A program made the position numbers and the translations under genes. 64,000 nt of DNA from an uncultured Myxococcales bacterium (GTDB lineage: Bacteria; Myxococcota_A; Bradymonadia; UBA4248), in contig CAYVQF010000008.1 of NCBI GenBank assembly GCA_964454015.1, positions 99,258 to 163,257 of the forward strand, written 5' to 3'. This document shows, in pieces, positions 28,518-37,692 of the stretch. The notes beneath the pieces were generated by a model. It was not told the DNA's origin and made no database searches. It saw only the letters and a program-made list of their open reading frames with translations. Each line of letters begins with the position of its first letter. Position 1 is the stretch's first letter.

Positions 28518-30917
28518 ATGCGATCCAAACTCAGCGTGATTGGGTTGATGGTCTTTGTGGCGGGGTGCGCCGGGCCGGCCTCGAGTGTCGAGGACTCATC
28601 CGTAACGTTAGGCGACAAAGGGGGCAATCAGGATCCCGTTCCCGTTGAACAGGAGCACAGGGTGGCTGCCCACGACCGGGACCTAGGTCGTCGAGACGGT
28701 GATGGAAAAGCCATCGTTTTCATCGAGGACGCCGGCGTCTTCGAGGAAAACAGGGAGAGAGTGGCAGGAGAGAGCAGGGACGAGACATTCCGCGCCAAGT
28801 CGCCGTCGCGTGCCGTGGGGGCCAGCGATAAGGTGGGCACCAAGCGTGGCGAGGGTGTGGCAACGGGGCGCGTGGACGCCGACAGTCGCCGCACCAGCCG
28901 TGGGGGGACTGGCGCTGCAGTGTCACCGCCAAGTCCGACGTCGACGAAAGATGACGCGGAAGCGGTGGCCGTGCCCGAGGATGGCTTGGGGGTCGCTGCG
29001 GCTGGGCTTCGCTACGAGTCGTGGCCTGAGCTGCAAGGGGAGTGGGAAAATTTGGGCCCGGTCTACACTGAACCCGGCCACCTGCCCCACCTAGAGGTCG
29101 CTTTCCTGAGCGAGAGCGATCGCCAGCGCCATCAAGAATTGCTCGAGGGCGGGCGCCTCAGGGTTCCCCTGGAGCATACCCACGTCGACGTCAAGATCTC
29201 TGGTCCCGTGGCGCGCGTCGAGGTGCAGCAGCGCTACAAAAACCCATTCGCCAATGTGATTGAGGCGGTCTACGTCTTTCCGTTGCCAGAAAACGCCGCC
29301 GTGGATGGCATGCGCATGCACATTGGCGATCGTGTCATTCGCGGGGTCATCAAAGAGAGGGCCGTGGCGCAAGCCATGTACCAAGAGGCCAAGGCGGCTG
29401 GCAAAGTGGCGGCCCTTCTCGAGCAAGAGCGGCCCAACATCTTCACCCAGTCGGTGGCCAATATCGCCCCGCAGACAGAAATCCGCATCGATGTGCAGTA
29501 CGTGCAGGATCTCAGTTATGACAATGGCGACTACGAGTTCGTCTTTCCCATGGTCGTCGGGCCGCGCTACGTGCCCTCTTCTGGACCCAGCCGCACCCGG
29601 CCGCCGGTCCTCGGCCAGGGCACCCGCAGTGGTCATGACATCTCACTCTCGCTCGTCGCCGACGCTGGTGTGCCCATTCTGTCGCACCAAGCGCTGACCC
29701 ACGATATCGAAAGCCAAGTCGATGGGAGTGGCAAAGTCTCCCTGCGCTTGGCAGAGCATGAGACGCTGCCCAACCGCGACTTCGTGTGGCGCTATCGTGT
29801 CGCTGCGCCTGAGACTCAGGCAGCCGTGCTCAGCGAGATGAAAGGCAAGGAGGGCTTCTTCACGCTCATCATCCAGCCGCCAGACCGCGATGTGAACGCT
29901 TTGGTGGGGACCAGGGAGATGGTCTTCGTCATCGATGTCTCCGGGTCCATGCGTGGTGTGCCCTTGCAGCTCTGCCAGGAAGCGCTGGCCGACGCCCTGC
30001 GCCGCCTCCGTCCCGTGGATACCTTCAACATCGTGACCTTTGCCTCGGGGTCGACCCGACTCTTTGATGAGGCGATGCCGGCCAACCAGCATTACTTGGC
30101 TCAGGCCATGGACTTCGTCGAGAACATGCGCGGTGGCGGGGGTACCAATCTCATGGCTGCCGTCATGGAGGCGGTCAACGCTCCTATCGACGCCAACGTC
30201 TCGCGGGTCATCGTCTTCATGACCGATGGTTTCATCGGCAACGAAGCGGAGGTGCTCCAGAGCCTCGCCGATGGTGTGGCCGCCATCGAGAAGCAGCACG
30301 CCCGGGCGCGGGTCTTTGCCTTTGGTGTGGGTTCCAGCGTCAACCGCTACCTCATCGATGAGCTGGCAAAAATCGGCCAGGGGACCAACTTCTACGCCAA
30401 CAACAGGGAAGACCCGAGCAAAGCCGTCGACGCCTTCTTCCAGATCGTGGACTACCCCATTTGGTCTCAAGTCGAACTCGATTTTGGTGCCCTCGAGGTG
30501 GAGCGCGTCTATCCAGCGCGCTTGCCAGACCTCATGGTGACGCGGCCCATCGTGGTCCACGGCCGCTTCAAGCGCGCCGGCAGCGGGCAAGTGACGCTGC
30601 GCGCCCGCGCCCAAGGCCAGACGGTGGAGCTTCCTGTGCAGGTCAGCTTGGCCAAAGGGCAAGAGCACGGCGGAGTCCTGGGAACCTTGTGGGCGCGTTC
30701 GGCGGTGGAGTCACTGGAGCGCGACATGTTCTACGTCTCGAGTTATGAGCAAGACAAGCTTCGCAACGAGATCACTCGCCTGGGCATGGATCACGGCATC
30801 GTGACGCACTACACCAGCTTCGTCGCTGTGGATCACAGCACCATCATCGAGGGCGGTGGTGACACCACCCAGGTGGTTCAGCCAATCCACCAGCCCGAAG
30901 GCGTGGGCAGAGAATAG
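28518..30917 (+). CDS. VIT + von Willebrand factor A domain lipoprotein
   Basis: Lipoprotein signal MRSKLSVIGLMVFVAGC. VIT domain (KISGPVARVEVQQRYKNP...FPMVVGPRY). VWA MIDAS motif in MVFVIDVSGSM. A Gly/Asp/Arg-rich low-complexity N-region. Confidence 0.8.
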   Translation: MRSKLSVIGLMVFVAGCAGPASSVEDSSVTLGDKGGNQDPVPVEQEHRVAAHDRDLGRRDGDGKAIVFIEDAGVFEENRERVAGESRDETFRAKSPSRAVGASDKVGTKRGEGVATGRVDADSRRTSRGGTGAAVSPPSPTSTKDDAEAVAVPEDGLGVAAAGLRYESWPELQGEWENLGPVYTEPGHLPHLEVAFLSESDRQRHQELLEGGRLRVPLEHTHVDVKISGPVARVEVQQRYKNPFANVIEAVYVFPLPENAAVDGMRMHIGDRVIRGVIKERAVAQAMYQEAKAAGKVAALLEQERPNIFTQSVANIAPQTEIRIDVQYVQDLSYDNGDYEFVFPMVVGPRYVPSSGPSRTRPPVLGQGTRSGHDISLSLVADAGVPILSHQALTHDIESQVDGSGKVSLRLAEHETLPNRDFVWRYRVAAPETQAAVLSEMKGKEGFFTLIIQPPDRDVNALVGTREMVFVIDVSGSMRGVPLQLCQEALADALRRLRPVDTFNIVTFASGSTRLFDEAMPANQHYLAQAMDFVENMRGGGGTNLMAAVMEAVNAPIDANVSRVIVFMTDGFIGNEAEVLQSLADGVAAIEKQHARARVFAFGVGSSVNRYLIDELAKIGQGTNFYANNREDPSKAVDAFFQIVDYPIWSQVELDFGALEVERVYPARLPDLMVTRPIVVHGRFKRAGSGQVTLRARAQGQTVELPVQVSLAKGQEHGGVLGTLWARSAVESLERDMFYVSSYEQDKLRNEITRLGMDHGIVTHYTSFVAVDHSTIIEGGGDTTQVVQPIHQPEGVGRE

Positions 30918-30965
30918 CGCCGGGCTGCCTAATATAAGCCTCGGAATTGTTTTTCTGGATCCACG

Positions 30966-31454
30966 TCAGGGGAAGCTTGCGCTCAATTCCCATTGGCCAC
31001 CTCCAAGAGCGAGGCGCTCCCATGACGTGGCGCCGATCAAGGCGACCGCGTTCCCTGTCGCTAAGGTGACCGTGCGACCGCTCAACCAGGAGGCCAACCA
31101 CTCCAGGCCTGGATTGTGTCCGACCACGGCCGCCCCACGGCATTGCTGGGGTGTCTCCCGGAGAATGGAGACTATCTCTTCCGGCGAGGCACCATATAGG
31201 GGGTTGCGTACGCTCGCGTTGATGCCGAAAACGTGGGCCACGTTTTGCCAGGTGGCGAAGGCGCGCGGTGCAGGGCTGACATAGGCACAGTGGACAGACA
31301 AGGCGTGGGCCTGAAAGCGATCCGCCAGGCGCTGCGCCTCAGCGACCCCCGTCGGGCTCAGGACACGCTCGCGGTCACTCATCCCGCGCATGGTCGGCAG
31401 GGCGTGGCCGTGGCGAATGAGGAGCAGTTGAATGGACGGCGTCACGTCAGGCAA
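30966..31454 (-). CDS. SixA-like phosphohistidine phosphatase (histidine phosphatase/PGAM superfamily)
   Basis: The RHG motif LLLIRHGHA lies at residues 10-18. There is a SPxxRA segment and a late catalytic His (VVGHNPG). 162 aa like E. coli SixA. The start overlaps the preceding ORF by 8 nt. Confidence 0.75.
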   Translation of the reverse strand: MPDVTPSIQLLLIRHGHALPTMRGMSDRERVLSPTGVAEAQRLADRFQAHALSVHCAYVSPAPRAFATWQNVAHVFGINASVRNPLYGASPEEIVSILRETPQQCRGAAVVGHNPGLEWLASWLSGRTVTLATGNAVALIGATSWERLALGGGQWELSASFP

Positions 31455-32037
31455 CTCCCAAGTCGAGGTAGGCCATGAGCACGATGCGGTAACGCGGATC
31501 GTGATTGAGGGAGAGGTCGTCGAGCGGCAGCACCAGTAGCGGAGCGGATTGCGCCAGGACGGTCGAGGTATCGATGAGGGCGCGCAAGCGCGCCAAGAGT
31601 CGGGCCAGCTCGCCTCGCACCTCTGCGCAGCCTCTGCCGTTGAGCCGGGTCACTTGGCGTTGGAGCTGGCGCAGGTGGTTGATGACGGCGCGGAGAAAGT
31701 GGCGGACGAAGCGGTTGGGGGGCGTGTCATAGGAGATCTGGTTCTGCTCGTCATAGACCTTGAGAAAGCGCCACTTTTCGCCCCGGGCGACAAAGTCGCG
31801 GCGCCGATGGGTGATGGCGATGCCATCGGGTTCGAGGGTGGAGTTGGCCAATAACTCGGAAGAGATGGCCGTGGCCTCGCCTGGAGCGACGAGCAAGGTG
31901 TGCGGCATCAAGACCTTGTGTGGCGCGTCTTGGATGGCTTCGAGGGCGCGCCAGAGCCGGCCGCCGTCAGCGTTGAAGACCGCATGGATGCGGGCAACTT
32001 CGTCTCTTATCGCTGTGAGAGAGTGGGGACTCGGCAT
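31447..32037 (-). CDS. Hypothetical protein resembling the N-terminal (McrB-interacting) half of McrC; no nuclease domain
   Basis: 196 aa. The motif SYDTPPNRFVRHFLRAVINHL resembles, from my recollection of E. coli McrC, a McrC N-domain segment DTLANRIIKSTLAIL. No PD-(D/E)xK motif is seen. It is translationally coupled to both neighbours. Confidence 0.55.
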   Translation of the reverse strand: MPSPHSLTAIRDEVARIHAVFNADGGRLWRALEAIQDAPHKVLMPHTLLVAPGEATAISSELLANSTLEPDGIAITHRRRDFVARGEKWRFLKVYDEQNQISYDTPPNRFVRHFLRAVINHLRQLQRQVTRLNGRGCAEVRGELARLLARLRALIDTSTVLAQSAPLLVLPLDDLSLNHDPRYRIVLMAYLDLGVA

Positions 32038-32044
32038 GGTTGGG

Positions 32045-33466
32045 TCAGAAGAAAGAGGCGAGTCCGCTGTCGAGGAGCTGGCGGTTCATGCGATAGACTT
32101 TGTCAGCGCTGAGGGGGTAGGTGGGGTGAGTACGCTGAGTGTGGGCGAGCAATTGGGCGAAGGGTTGGCCGGCGGCGATCAGGTCCAGGAGCTCCGTGGC
32201 GAGTTGATGGAGCTGGCTCAAGTCCTGAGGACCGACCAGGGCGTAGGCCAGGAGGGGGGGTAAAACAGTGCCGAGCTTGTCCTCCCCTCCCCGCAGCTTG
32301 GGAAGCACCTTGGCCGAGATGAGGAAGTCACCGTGGACGTCCCAGCCGCCAGCGCTGTTGCTCAAGTAGCGCAAGATTTCGTTGACCACACGGTAGCCGA
32401 AGTGAAGGTTGGCCGAGCGCAGGATGGCAGCCATACAGAGCAGATCCTGGCGTACCGCGTCGTAGCCTGCCCAGGTGCTGCAGACGGCGTCATAATCGAT
32501 GTCGTTGAACTCCAGGACGAAGGCGCGGTCCAGGACCTTGGGAGCGAAACTGAAGGTGGTCTCGTCGACATTGACCGTGCCAATGATCGAGAGGTTGGGC
32601 GTGAAGGTCAGCCGTGGCGGGACGATGCGCGCCCAATCTGCGCCATGGCAGACCTTATCGATAGTGATCTTGTGGCGCGGCAAGACCATGCCCGATGATC
32701 CCAGGCCCAGGTAGTGATAGGCCAGGGGCCAGTCGCTGTCCATTCTGCCGATGAAGAGCTGCTCGTGGCTCGAGGTCTCCGAACCCATATCGATCTGAGG
32801 CGCGCTTTGGGTCCACAAGGGGCGCGTAAAGGGGTGCACGGGCGCCAACTCACCCAATCTGAACTGCTGATCGATGATCTCGCAGGGGCACTCCATGAGA
32901 CTGAGGAGGTCGGACAGGTAATACTCGACCCGGGCGAGGTTGAGCTCATCGAGGATGATGAAGTGGCGGGGCGCGGCGTGGCCGAAAGCGATGAACTCGA
33001 GGTAGGCGTGGATAGCGACCCGCAGGGCGTCCGTCGGGTAATAGAGGCCCGTGAGGGGGTTGTAATAGCCCCAAACCTTGCGGGAGTCAGACCACTCCGG
33101 GCGGACGGGGAGAAAGGCGACCCGGTCACGTACCACCTGGGCGATCCCCGCTTCCTTGATGGCTGCGGCGCTCATGTCATCGCCCAGGGCACGGACGTCG
33201 ACATAGGTGTTGCCGTCCTCGCCTTCGAGGTCAGGGACGATGCCGTTTTGCACCAAGGTGCTGCGATAGGTAGGGCCCGTAGCGACGCCACCAAAGGGTC
33301 GGCCTTGATAGCGCCCTTCTTCCAAGACTCCGGCGGCGAGGCCAGCGGCCAGACGCCGAGCGAGCTGGGTTTTCCCGGAGCCGCTGATGCCCGCTAGGAG
33401 AACGAAAGGCTTGGTCGCAAGCGCTGTGATGAGGCTGTTAATGACACCACGGCGTTCCCGGATCAT
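32045..33466 (-). CDS. McrB-family AAA+ GTPase-like protein (no N-terminal DNA-binding domain)
   Basis: Walker A LLAGISGSGKTQLARRL. The McrB-type Walker B/signature is HFIILDELNLARVEYYLSDLLSLME (compare IDEINR...FGEL..LLE). The McrB motif NLSIIGTVNVDETTFSFAPKVLDRAF (compare IGTMNTADRS...ALRRRF) is present. Confidence 0.8.
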   Translation of the reverse strand: MIRERRGVINSLITALATKPFVLLAGISGSGKTQLARRLAAGLAAGVLEEGRYQGRPFGGVATGPTYRSTLVQNGIVPDLEGEDGNTYVDVRALGDDMSAAAIKEAGIAQVVRDRVAFLPVRPEWSDSRKVWGYYNPLTGLYYPTDALRVAIHAYLEFIAFGHAAPRHFIILDELNLARVEYYLSDLLSLMECPCEIIDQQFRLGELAPVHPFTRPLWTQSAPQIDMGSETSSHEQLFIGRMDSDWPLAYHYLGLGSSGMVLPRHKITIDKVCHGADWARIVPPRLTFTPNLSIIGTVNVDETTFSFAPKVLDRAFVLEFNDIDYDAVCSTWAGYDAVRQDLLCMAAILRSANLHFGYRVVNEILRYLSNSAGGWDVHGDFLISAKVLPKLRGGEDKLGTVLPPLLAYALVGPQDLSQLHQLATELLDLIAAGQPFAQLLAHTQRTHPTYPLSADKVYRMNRQLLDSGLASFF

Positions 33467-33678
33467 GAGCGACTCCTCTCTGCTGGCCTCGATGGTGCAC
33501 CTTGCACCGCGATCATTGTGTAGCCGTCCATCCTCTCAGGCGTCAATCTCCCAGCTCCAAGTGCAGCGTGCGCGATGGCTATCTTGGCTGCGAGGGGCGT
33601 GATGGCACGGGAATTTGACGAAAGGCCGCGTGTTTGTTATGCAAGGCCTGGCAAATGCGCGACAGCGCGGGCTTGAAT

Positions 33679-34539
33679 ATGCATTTTATCGATGAGGAAG
33701 AAACAGTGACTTTGGATAGCATTTATGACCAATCTCAGCGCGCTGCCGCAGCGGTGCTGGAGCGGGTTCGTTATCGTCCGACCATGGGCGTGGTGCTGGG
33801 CTCTGGTTTGGGAGCTTTCGTGGAGGGTCTGGCTGACAAGACGGTCATCCCCTATCAGGAGATTCCGGGCTTTCCCGTCTCTAAGGTGCATGGCCATGCA
33901 GGCAATCTCGTCTTCGGTCACATTGGTGGCAAGGAGATGGTGGTCATGCAGGGGCGGGTACACTTCTACGAGAGCGGCGACATGCACCGCACCACCTTTC
34001 CCATCCGGGTTCTGCGCCAATTGGGCTGCACCAAGATGGTGGTGACCAACGCAGCAGGGGCGGTGAATCGCACTTTTGCGCCAGGGGATCTGATGTTGAT
34101 CACGGATCACATCAACCTGATGATGGGGGGAGGTCCTCTCATTGGTGAGAACGATGACCGTTTTGGGCCGCGCTTCCCTGACATGAGCGAAGCCTATGAT
34201 CGGGAGTTGTCCGACGTTTTGCGGCAGACGGCCCAGCGCATGGCGTTGACCTTACGCGAAGGGGTCTACTGTGCTTTCCACGGGCCTGAGTACGAGACGC
34301 CAGCGGAGATCAGGATGGCGGAAGTCCTCGGCGCCGATGCGGTGGGGATGTCCACGGTGCCCGAGGTGGTGGTCGCCAATCACATGGGGATCCGCTGCGC
34401 GGGGGTCTCCTGCCTCTCGAACATGGCGGCCGGCATCAACGTGGGGCGTCTCTCCCACGATGATGTGATGGAAGTCAGCGCCACGGTGGCCCGGAACTTC
34501 GTCGAGCTCCTGTCCAAGGCTATCGTCGAGATGTTCTAA
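33679..34539 (+). CDS. punA: Purine nucleoside phosphorylase (trimeric PNP-I/PunA type)
   Basis: Near-identity of core motifs to mammalian/B. subtilis PNP: VHGHAGNLVFG, MQGRVHFYEGY-like, MVVTNAAGAVN, VGMSTVPEVVVA. Confidence 0.85.
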   Translation: MHFIDEEETVTLDSIYDQSQRAAAAVLERVRYRPTMGVVLGSGLGAFVEGLADKTVIPYQEIPGFPVSKVHGHAGNLVFGHIGGKEMVVMQGRVHFYESGDMHRTTFPIRVLRQLGCTKMVVTNAAGAVNRTFAPGDLMLITDHINLMMGGGPLIGENDDRFGPRFPDMSEAYDRELSDVLRQTAQRMALTLREGVYCAFHGPEYETPAEIRMAEVLGADAVGMSTVPEVVVANHMGIRCAGVSCLSNMAAGINVGRLSHDDVMEVSATVARNFVELLSKAIVEMF

Positions 34540-34589
34540 GCGCTCCTCTGATTGCCCTTTGCGCTTACCCCTCGAGGAGGGGGCGAAAG

Positions 34590-35495
34590 ATGCCGGGACC
34601 TAACAACCCTCGCCCAGGAGGGAGCAACAGGTCGCTCGAACGGGTCGTCATCGTCAGTGGTATGGGCGGCAGCGGCAAGACCACGGCCTTGCATGCCCTC
34701 GAGGACATCGGTTTCTACTGTATCGACAATTTGCCCCTCGTGCTCTTCAAGGCGCTCCTTGACCGCCTCGAGCCGCACCCGGAGATCAGCCGGGTCGCTC
34801 TGGTGGTCGATATCCGGGACCGGCTCTTTCTCGAGGAAGCACCGCAAGCGCTGCTGGAGATCATCGCTGCCGGTATTCCGACGGAGCTGCTCTTCTTGGA
34901 TGCCGAAGACGACGTGCTGTTGCGGCGCTACAAAGAGACCCGACGGCGTCACCCGCTGGAGAGCCATCGCCCCCTGCGCAACGCCATCGAGGAAGAGCGG
35001 CGCATGCTCGAAGCGCTCCTCCATTTGGCCAACCTGGTCATCGACACTTCCTCGATGAGTCCACACGCGCTGCGGCGTTGTTTGGATGATCGCTTCGAGG
35101 GAGGTGGACTCGCCCTGCGAGTCAGCGTCATGAGCTTTGGTTTCAAGTATGGCGTTCCGGCCGAGGCCGATCTGGTCTTTGACGTTCGATTCTTGGCCAA
35201 CCCCTTCTTCGTGCCCCACCTGCGCACGCTCTGCGGCCTCGATCCACCGCTGCGGGACTACGTCTTTGCTGATCCCAAGGCCCAGATCTTCGTCGACAAG
35301 GCGCAAGATTTCGTGGGCTTTCTGCTGCCGAATTTCGCGGCAGAGGGCAAGCGCTACGTGACCATCGCCATCGGCTGCACGGGGGGCCAGCACCGAAGCG
35401 TCGCGATCGCCGAAGCTTGTGCCGATGTTTTGGAGCGCGGCGCCTACACGGTGCGGCGGGTTCACCGCGACATGCGGCCGAGCAACCAGCTCTAA
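34590..35495 (+). CDS. rapZ: RNase adapter protein RapZ (YhbJ)
   Basis: N-terminal P-loop VIVSGMGGSGKTTAL and the C-terminal conserved IAIGCTGGQHRSV motif. 301 aa. Confidence 0.85.
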   Translation: MPGPNNPRPGGSNRSLERVVIVSGMGGSGKTTALHALEDIGFYCIDNLPLVLFKALLDRLEPHPEISRVALVVDIRDRLFLEEAPQALLEIIAAGIPTELLFLDAEDDVLLRRYKETRRRHPLESHRPLRNAIEEERRMLEALLHLANLVIDTSSMSPHALRRCLDDRFEGGGLALRVSVMSFGFKYGVPAEADLVFDVRFLANPFFVPHLRTLCGLDPPLRDYVFADPKAQIFVDKAQDFVGFLLPNFAAEGKRYVTIAIGCTGGQHRSVAIAEACADVLERGAYTVRRVHRDMRPSNQL

Positions 35496-36685
35496 GCACA
35501 GAGATCCGTGACGCGCGTCATGAAGCGGCGCGTGTTGTCCGCCAGATCTGGGCCATGCCGATGGAGATCACCGCCGATGAGCAGCACCGTGTCGTTGCCG
35601 TAAAAAGCGAGCAGCTCTGGCACCTTGGCCAGGGTCATCCCCCCGGCAGGTGCTGGCCATGTACGGTGGCCATGCGAGGGCCTGCGACAGGCGGCGCTGA
35701 TGGCTGCACATTCGCCAGGGCTAAAGGAGAAGCGCCCGCCGAAGCTCGGGAAGATGCTGACATCGGCACCGGCGAGGCGCGGCAAGAGTCCGTAAACCAA
35801 GGCATGGGAGAGGCCATGGTGGGGAGCGGCAGAGAAAGCGCCGAGAAAGGCCGGGTGGCAGAGGAGGGGGAGCTCGAGCCCTGGCGCGTCGCGCAGCATG
35901 CGGAGGGCATCGAAACCGCTCAGCCCCGGTGCGACCATGAGCGCGCCAGCGCCGGCAGTGGCGGCTAGGTGCGCTCGTTCCAGGAGTGTCTCCAGGGGGC
36001 CGCTGACATTGGGGCAGTAGATGGTGTGGCTCCCATGCTGGGCGTTGGCCGCAGCGATCGCTTCTGCGCATCGCGCGACGCGCTCGGCAAAGGGCGAAAA
36101 GCGCTGGTCGGCGAGACCATGGTCGTCTTTGACCATATCGAGGCCGCCCGCGGCGAGGGCGGAGGCCATGGTGGCCAGCTCACGTGGCGCGAGGCCCATG
36201 GGCTTGATGGCGGAGCAGAAGAGGGGGCGCTGGGCGACACCTACTTTGTTGCGCAAACCGCCGACGCCGAAACGCGGGCCTCCAAAGGCTTCTTGGAGGG
36301 ATCGGGGGAGGCCGAGGTCGAGGAGGCGGATGCCGGGTTTGAGGCTGATGTTGCCGTAGACGACGTTCAGAAACTGGGTCAACTCGAAACCCGTGACGCT
36401 CGGGTTGAAGGCGATGCGCACGCGATGCGTGCCCTCGCCAGTGTCGTCTATGCTGAGAATGCGGCCCAGGATGTGTTCACGTATGGCTGTGGAGGTGATG
36501 AGATCTTCGGGGAACTCCACGGTCTGCTCGACGCAGATGTCCCTGGCGCGGGCGTGGGCCTGCTCCGGGCTGGTGGTGGCGATGAGATAGGTGGCCACCA
36601 GGGCCTGCTCTTCACTGGCAGGGAAGGCCGCGAGGAGCTGCTCGGCGCTGTTTGCACCGGGCTGAGGTGAGGGTTGCGTGGCCAT
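35492..36685 (-). CDS. RuBisCO-like protein (form IV RuBisCO large-subunit homologue)
   Basis: RuBisCO large-chain core motifs are present: GGLDMVKDDHG (compare GGLDFTKDDE, retaining the carbamylation Lys) and PLFCSAIKPMGL (compare PLLGCTIKPKLGL). Active-site substitutions (E204->H, K177->M) and a ~400-aa length are typical of RLPs. Start MATQPS. The last gene of the transketolase operon. Confidence 0.8.
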   Translation of the reverse strand: MATQPSPQPGANSAEQLLAAFPASEEQALVATYLIATTSPEQAHARARDICVEQTVEFPEDLITSTAIREHILGRILSIDDTGEGTHRVRIAFNPSVTGFELTQFLNVVYGNISLKPGIRLLDLGLPRSLQEAFGGPRFGVGGLRNKVGVAQRPLFCSAIKPMGLAPRELATMASALAAGGLDMVKDDHGLADQRFSPFAERVARCAEAIAAANAQHGSHTIYCPNVSGPLETLLERAHLAATAGAGALMVAPGLSGFDALRMLRDAPGLELPLLCHPAFLGAFSAAPHHGLSHALVYGLLPRLAGADVSIFPSFGGRFSFSPGECAAISAACRRPSHGHRTWPAPAGGMTLAKVPELLAFYGNDTVLLIGGDLHRHGPDLADNTRRFMTRVTDLCA

Positions 36686-37692
36686 CAGAGCGCCTCTGGT
36701 TTGGCGTCGAAACTCGCGGCGGGAACCGCGTCCGTGTCGCAGCAAGGGTTCGCGTCGGAAAAGTCGACGCCCAGGCGCGCCCCTGCCGCCGCAAGGATAC
36801 CTGCCGTGTCGATGCCCAGCTTGGCCATGAGGTAAGGGGTGCTGGCGCCGTGGGCGTAGGTATCGCGCAGACCGAGACGCACCAGGGGGCGCGCTAGGGC
36901 GGCCTCGGCCATGACTTCAGCCAACGCCGAGCCCAAGCCACCAATGATGCTGTGGTTTTCGATAGAGAGCACTGGGCCGCGGTGCGGGCGGAGGGCTGCG
37001 CAGAGGATGTCCGCCGGGAAAGGTTTGAGGGTGGAGACGTGCAGGTGTTGCACCGTGAGGCCTGCCGCTCGCATGACCTTGGCGGCGGCCATCGCTTCTT
37101 GGGTGCAGATGCCACTGCTCACCAGCGTGATGTCGTCACCGTCGCCGAGGTCGCGGACGCCGTTCGCCTGCAGGGGGTGATGGGGGGGAAAGAGGCGAGG
37201 CACTTCGCCGCGGAGCATGCGTAGGTAGACGGGACCATCGATGGCGTCAGCCACATCCAAGGCCGACTCGACCTCGGTGGCGTCGCCGACTTCGATGATA
37301 TGCATGTTGGGGATGGCCCGCATCAGGGCAATGTCATCGATGGCCTGGTGGGTGACGCCGCCAGGGGTGGTGATCCCCGGGAGGAAGCCAAAGAGTCGCA
37401 CCCGCAGGTTGGGGTAGGCGATGGCCATGGCAACTTGATCGAAGGCGCGGCGGGTGATGAAGACGGCAAAGGTGTGTACGCATGGGGTGTAGCCCTCCCG
37501 CGCCAAGCCGGCGGCGACACCGATCATGTTTTGCTCCGCCATCCCCATTGAAAAGAAGCGGTCTGGGTAGGCGTCGCGAAAGAGATCGGCTTCACAGGAA
37601 GCGGTGAGGTCCGCCGAGAGGACGACGACATCGGGGCGATCCTTGGCCCAGGCGACGAGGTTGTGGGCGTGAGGGCGTGGTACCATGATCAT
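36685..37692 (-). CDS. Transketolase, C-terminal (pyrimidine-binding) subunit of a split transketolase
   Basis: Transketolase Pyr/C-terminal domain with FSMGMAEQNMIGVAAGLA and HTFAVFITRRAFDQV. Start MIMVPR. The start overlaps the upstream gene's stop (ATGA). Confidence 0.8.
   Translation of the reverse strand: MIMVPRPHAHNLVAWAKDRPDVVVLSADLTASCEADLFRDAYPDRFFSMGMAEQNMIGVAAGLAREGYTPCVHTFAVFITRRAFDQVAMAIAYPNLRVRLFGFLPGITTPGGVTHQAIDDIALMRAIPNMHIIEVGDATEVESALDVADAIDGPVYLRMLRGEVPRLFPPHHPLQANGVRDLGDGDDITLVSSGICTQEAMAAAKVMRAAGLTVQHLHVSTLKPFPADILCAALRPHRGPVLSIENHSIIGGLGSALAEVMAEAALARPLVRLGLRDTYAHGASTPYLMAKLGIDTAGILAAAGARLGVDFSDANPCCDTDAVPAASFDAKPEAL

Noticed and set aside
29643-30668. 341-aa minus-strand ORF
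   Set aside because: It is antisense within the VIT-VWA lipoprotein gene, whose VIT/VWA motifs are unambiguous.
31447-32037. Possibility that the 196-aa McrC-N-like protein is itself a nuclease
   Set aside because: I could not find a credible PD-(D/E)xK, HNH or GIY-YIG motif. There is only an E-K dipeptide near RDFVARGEKW.
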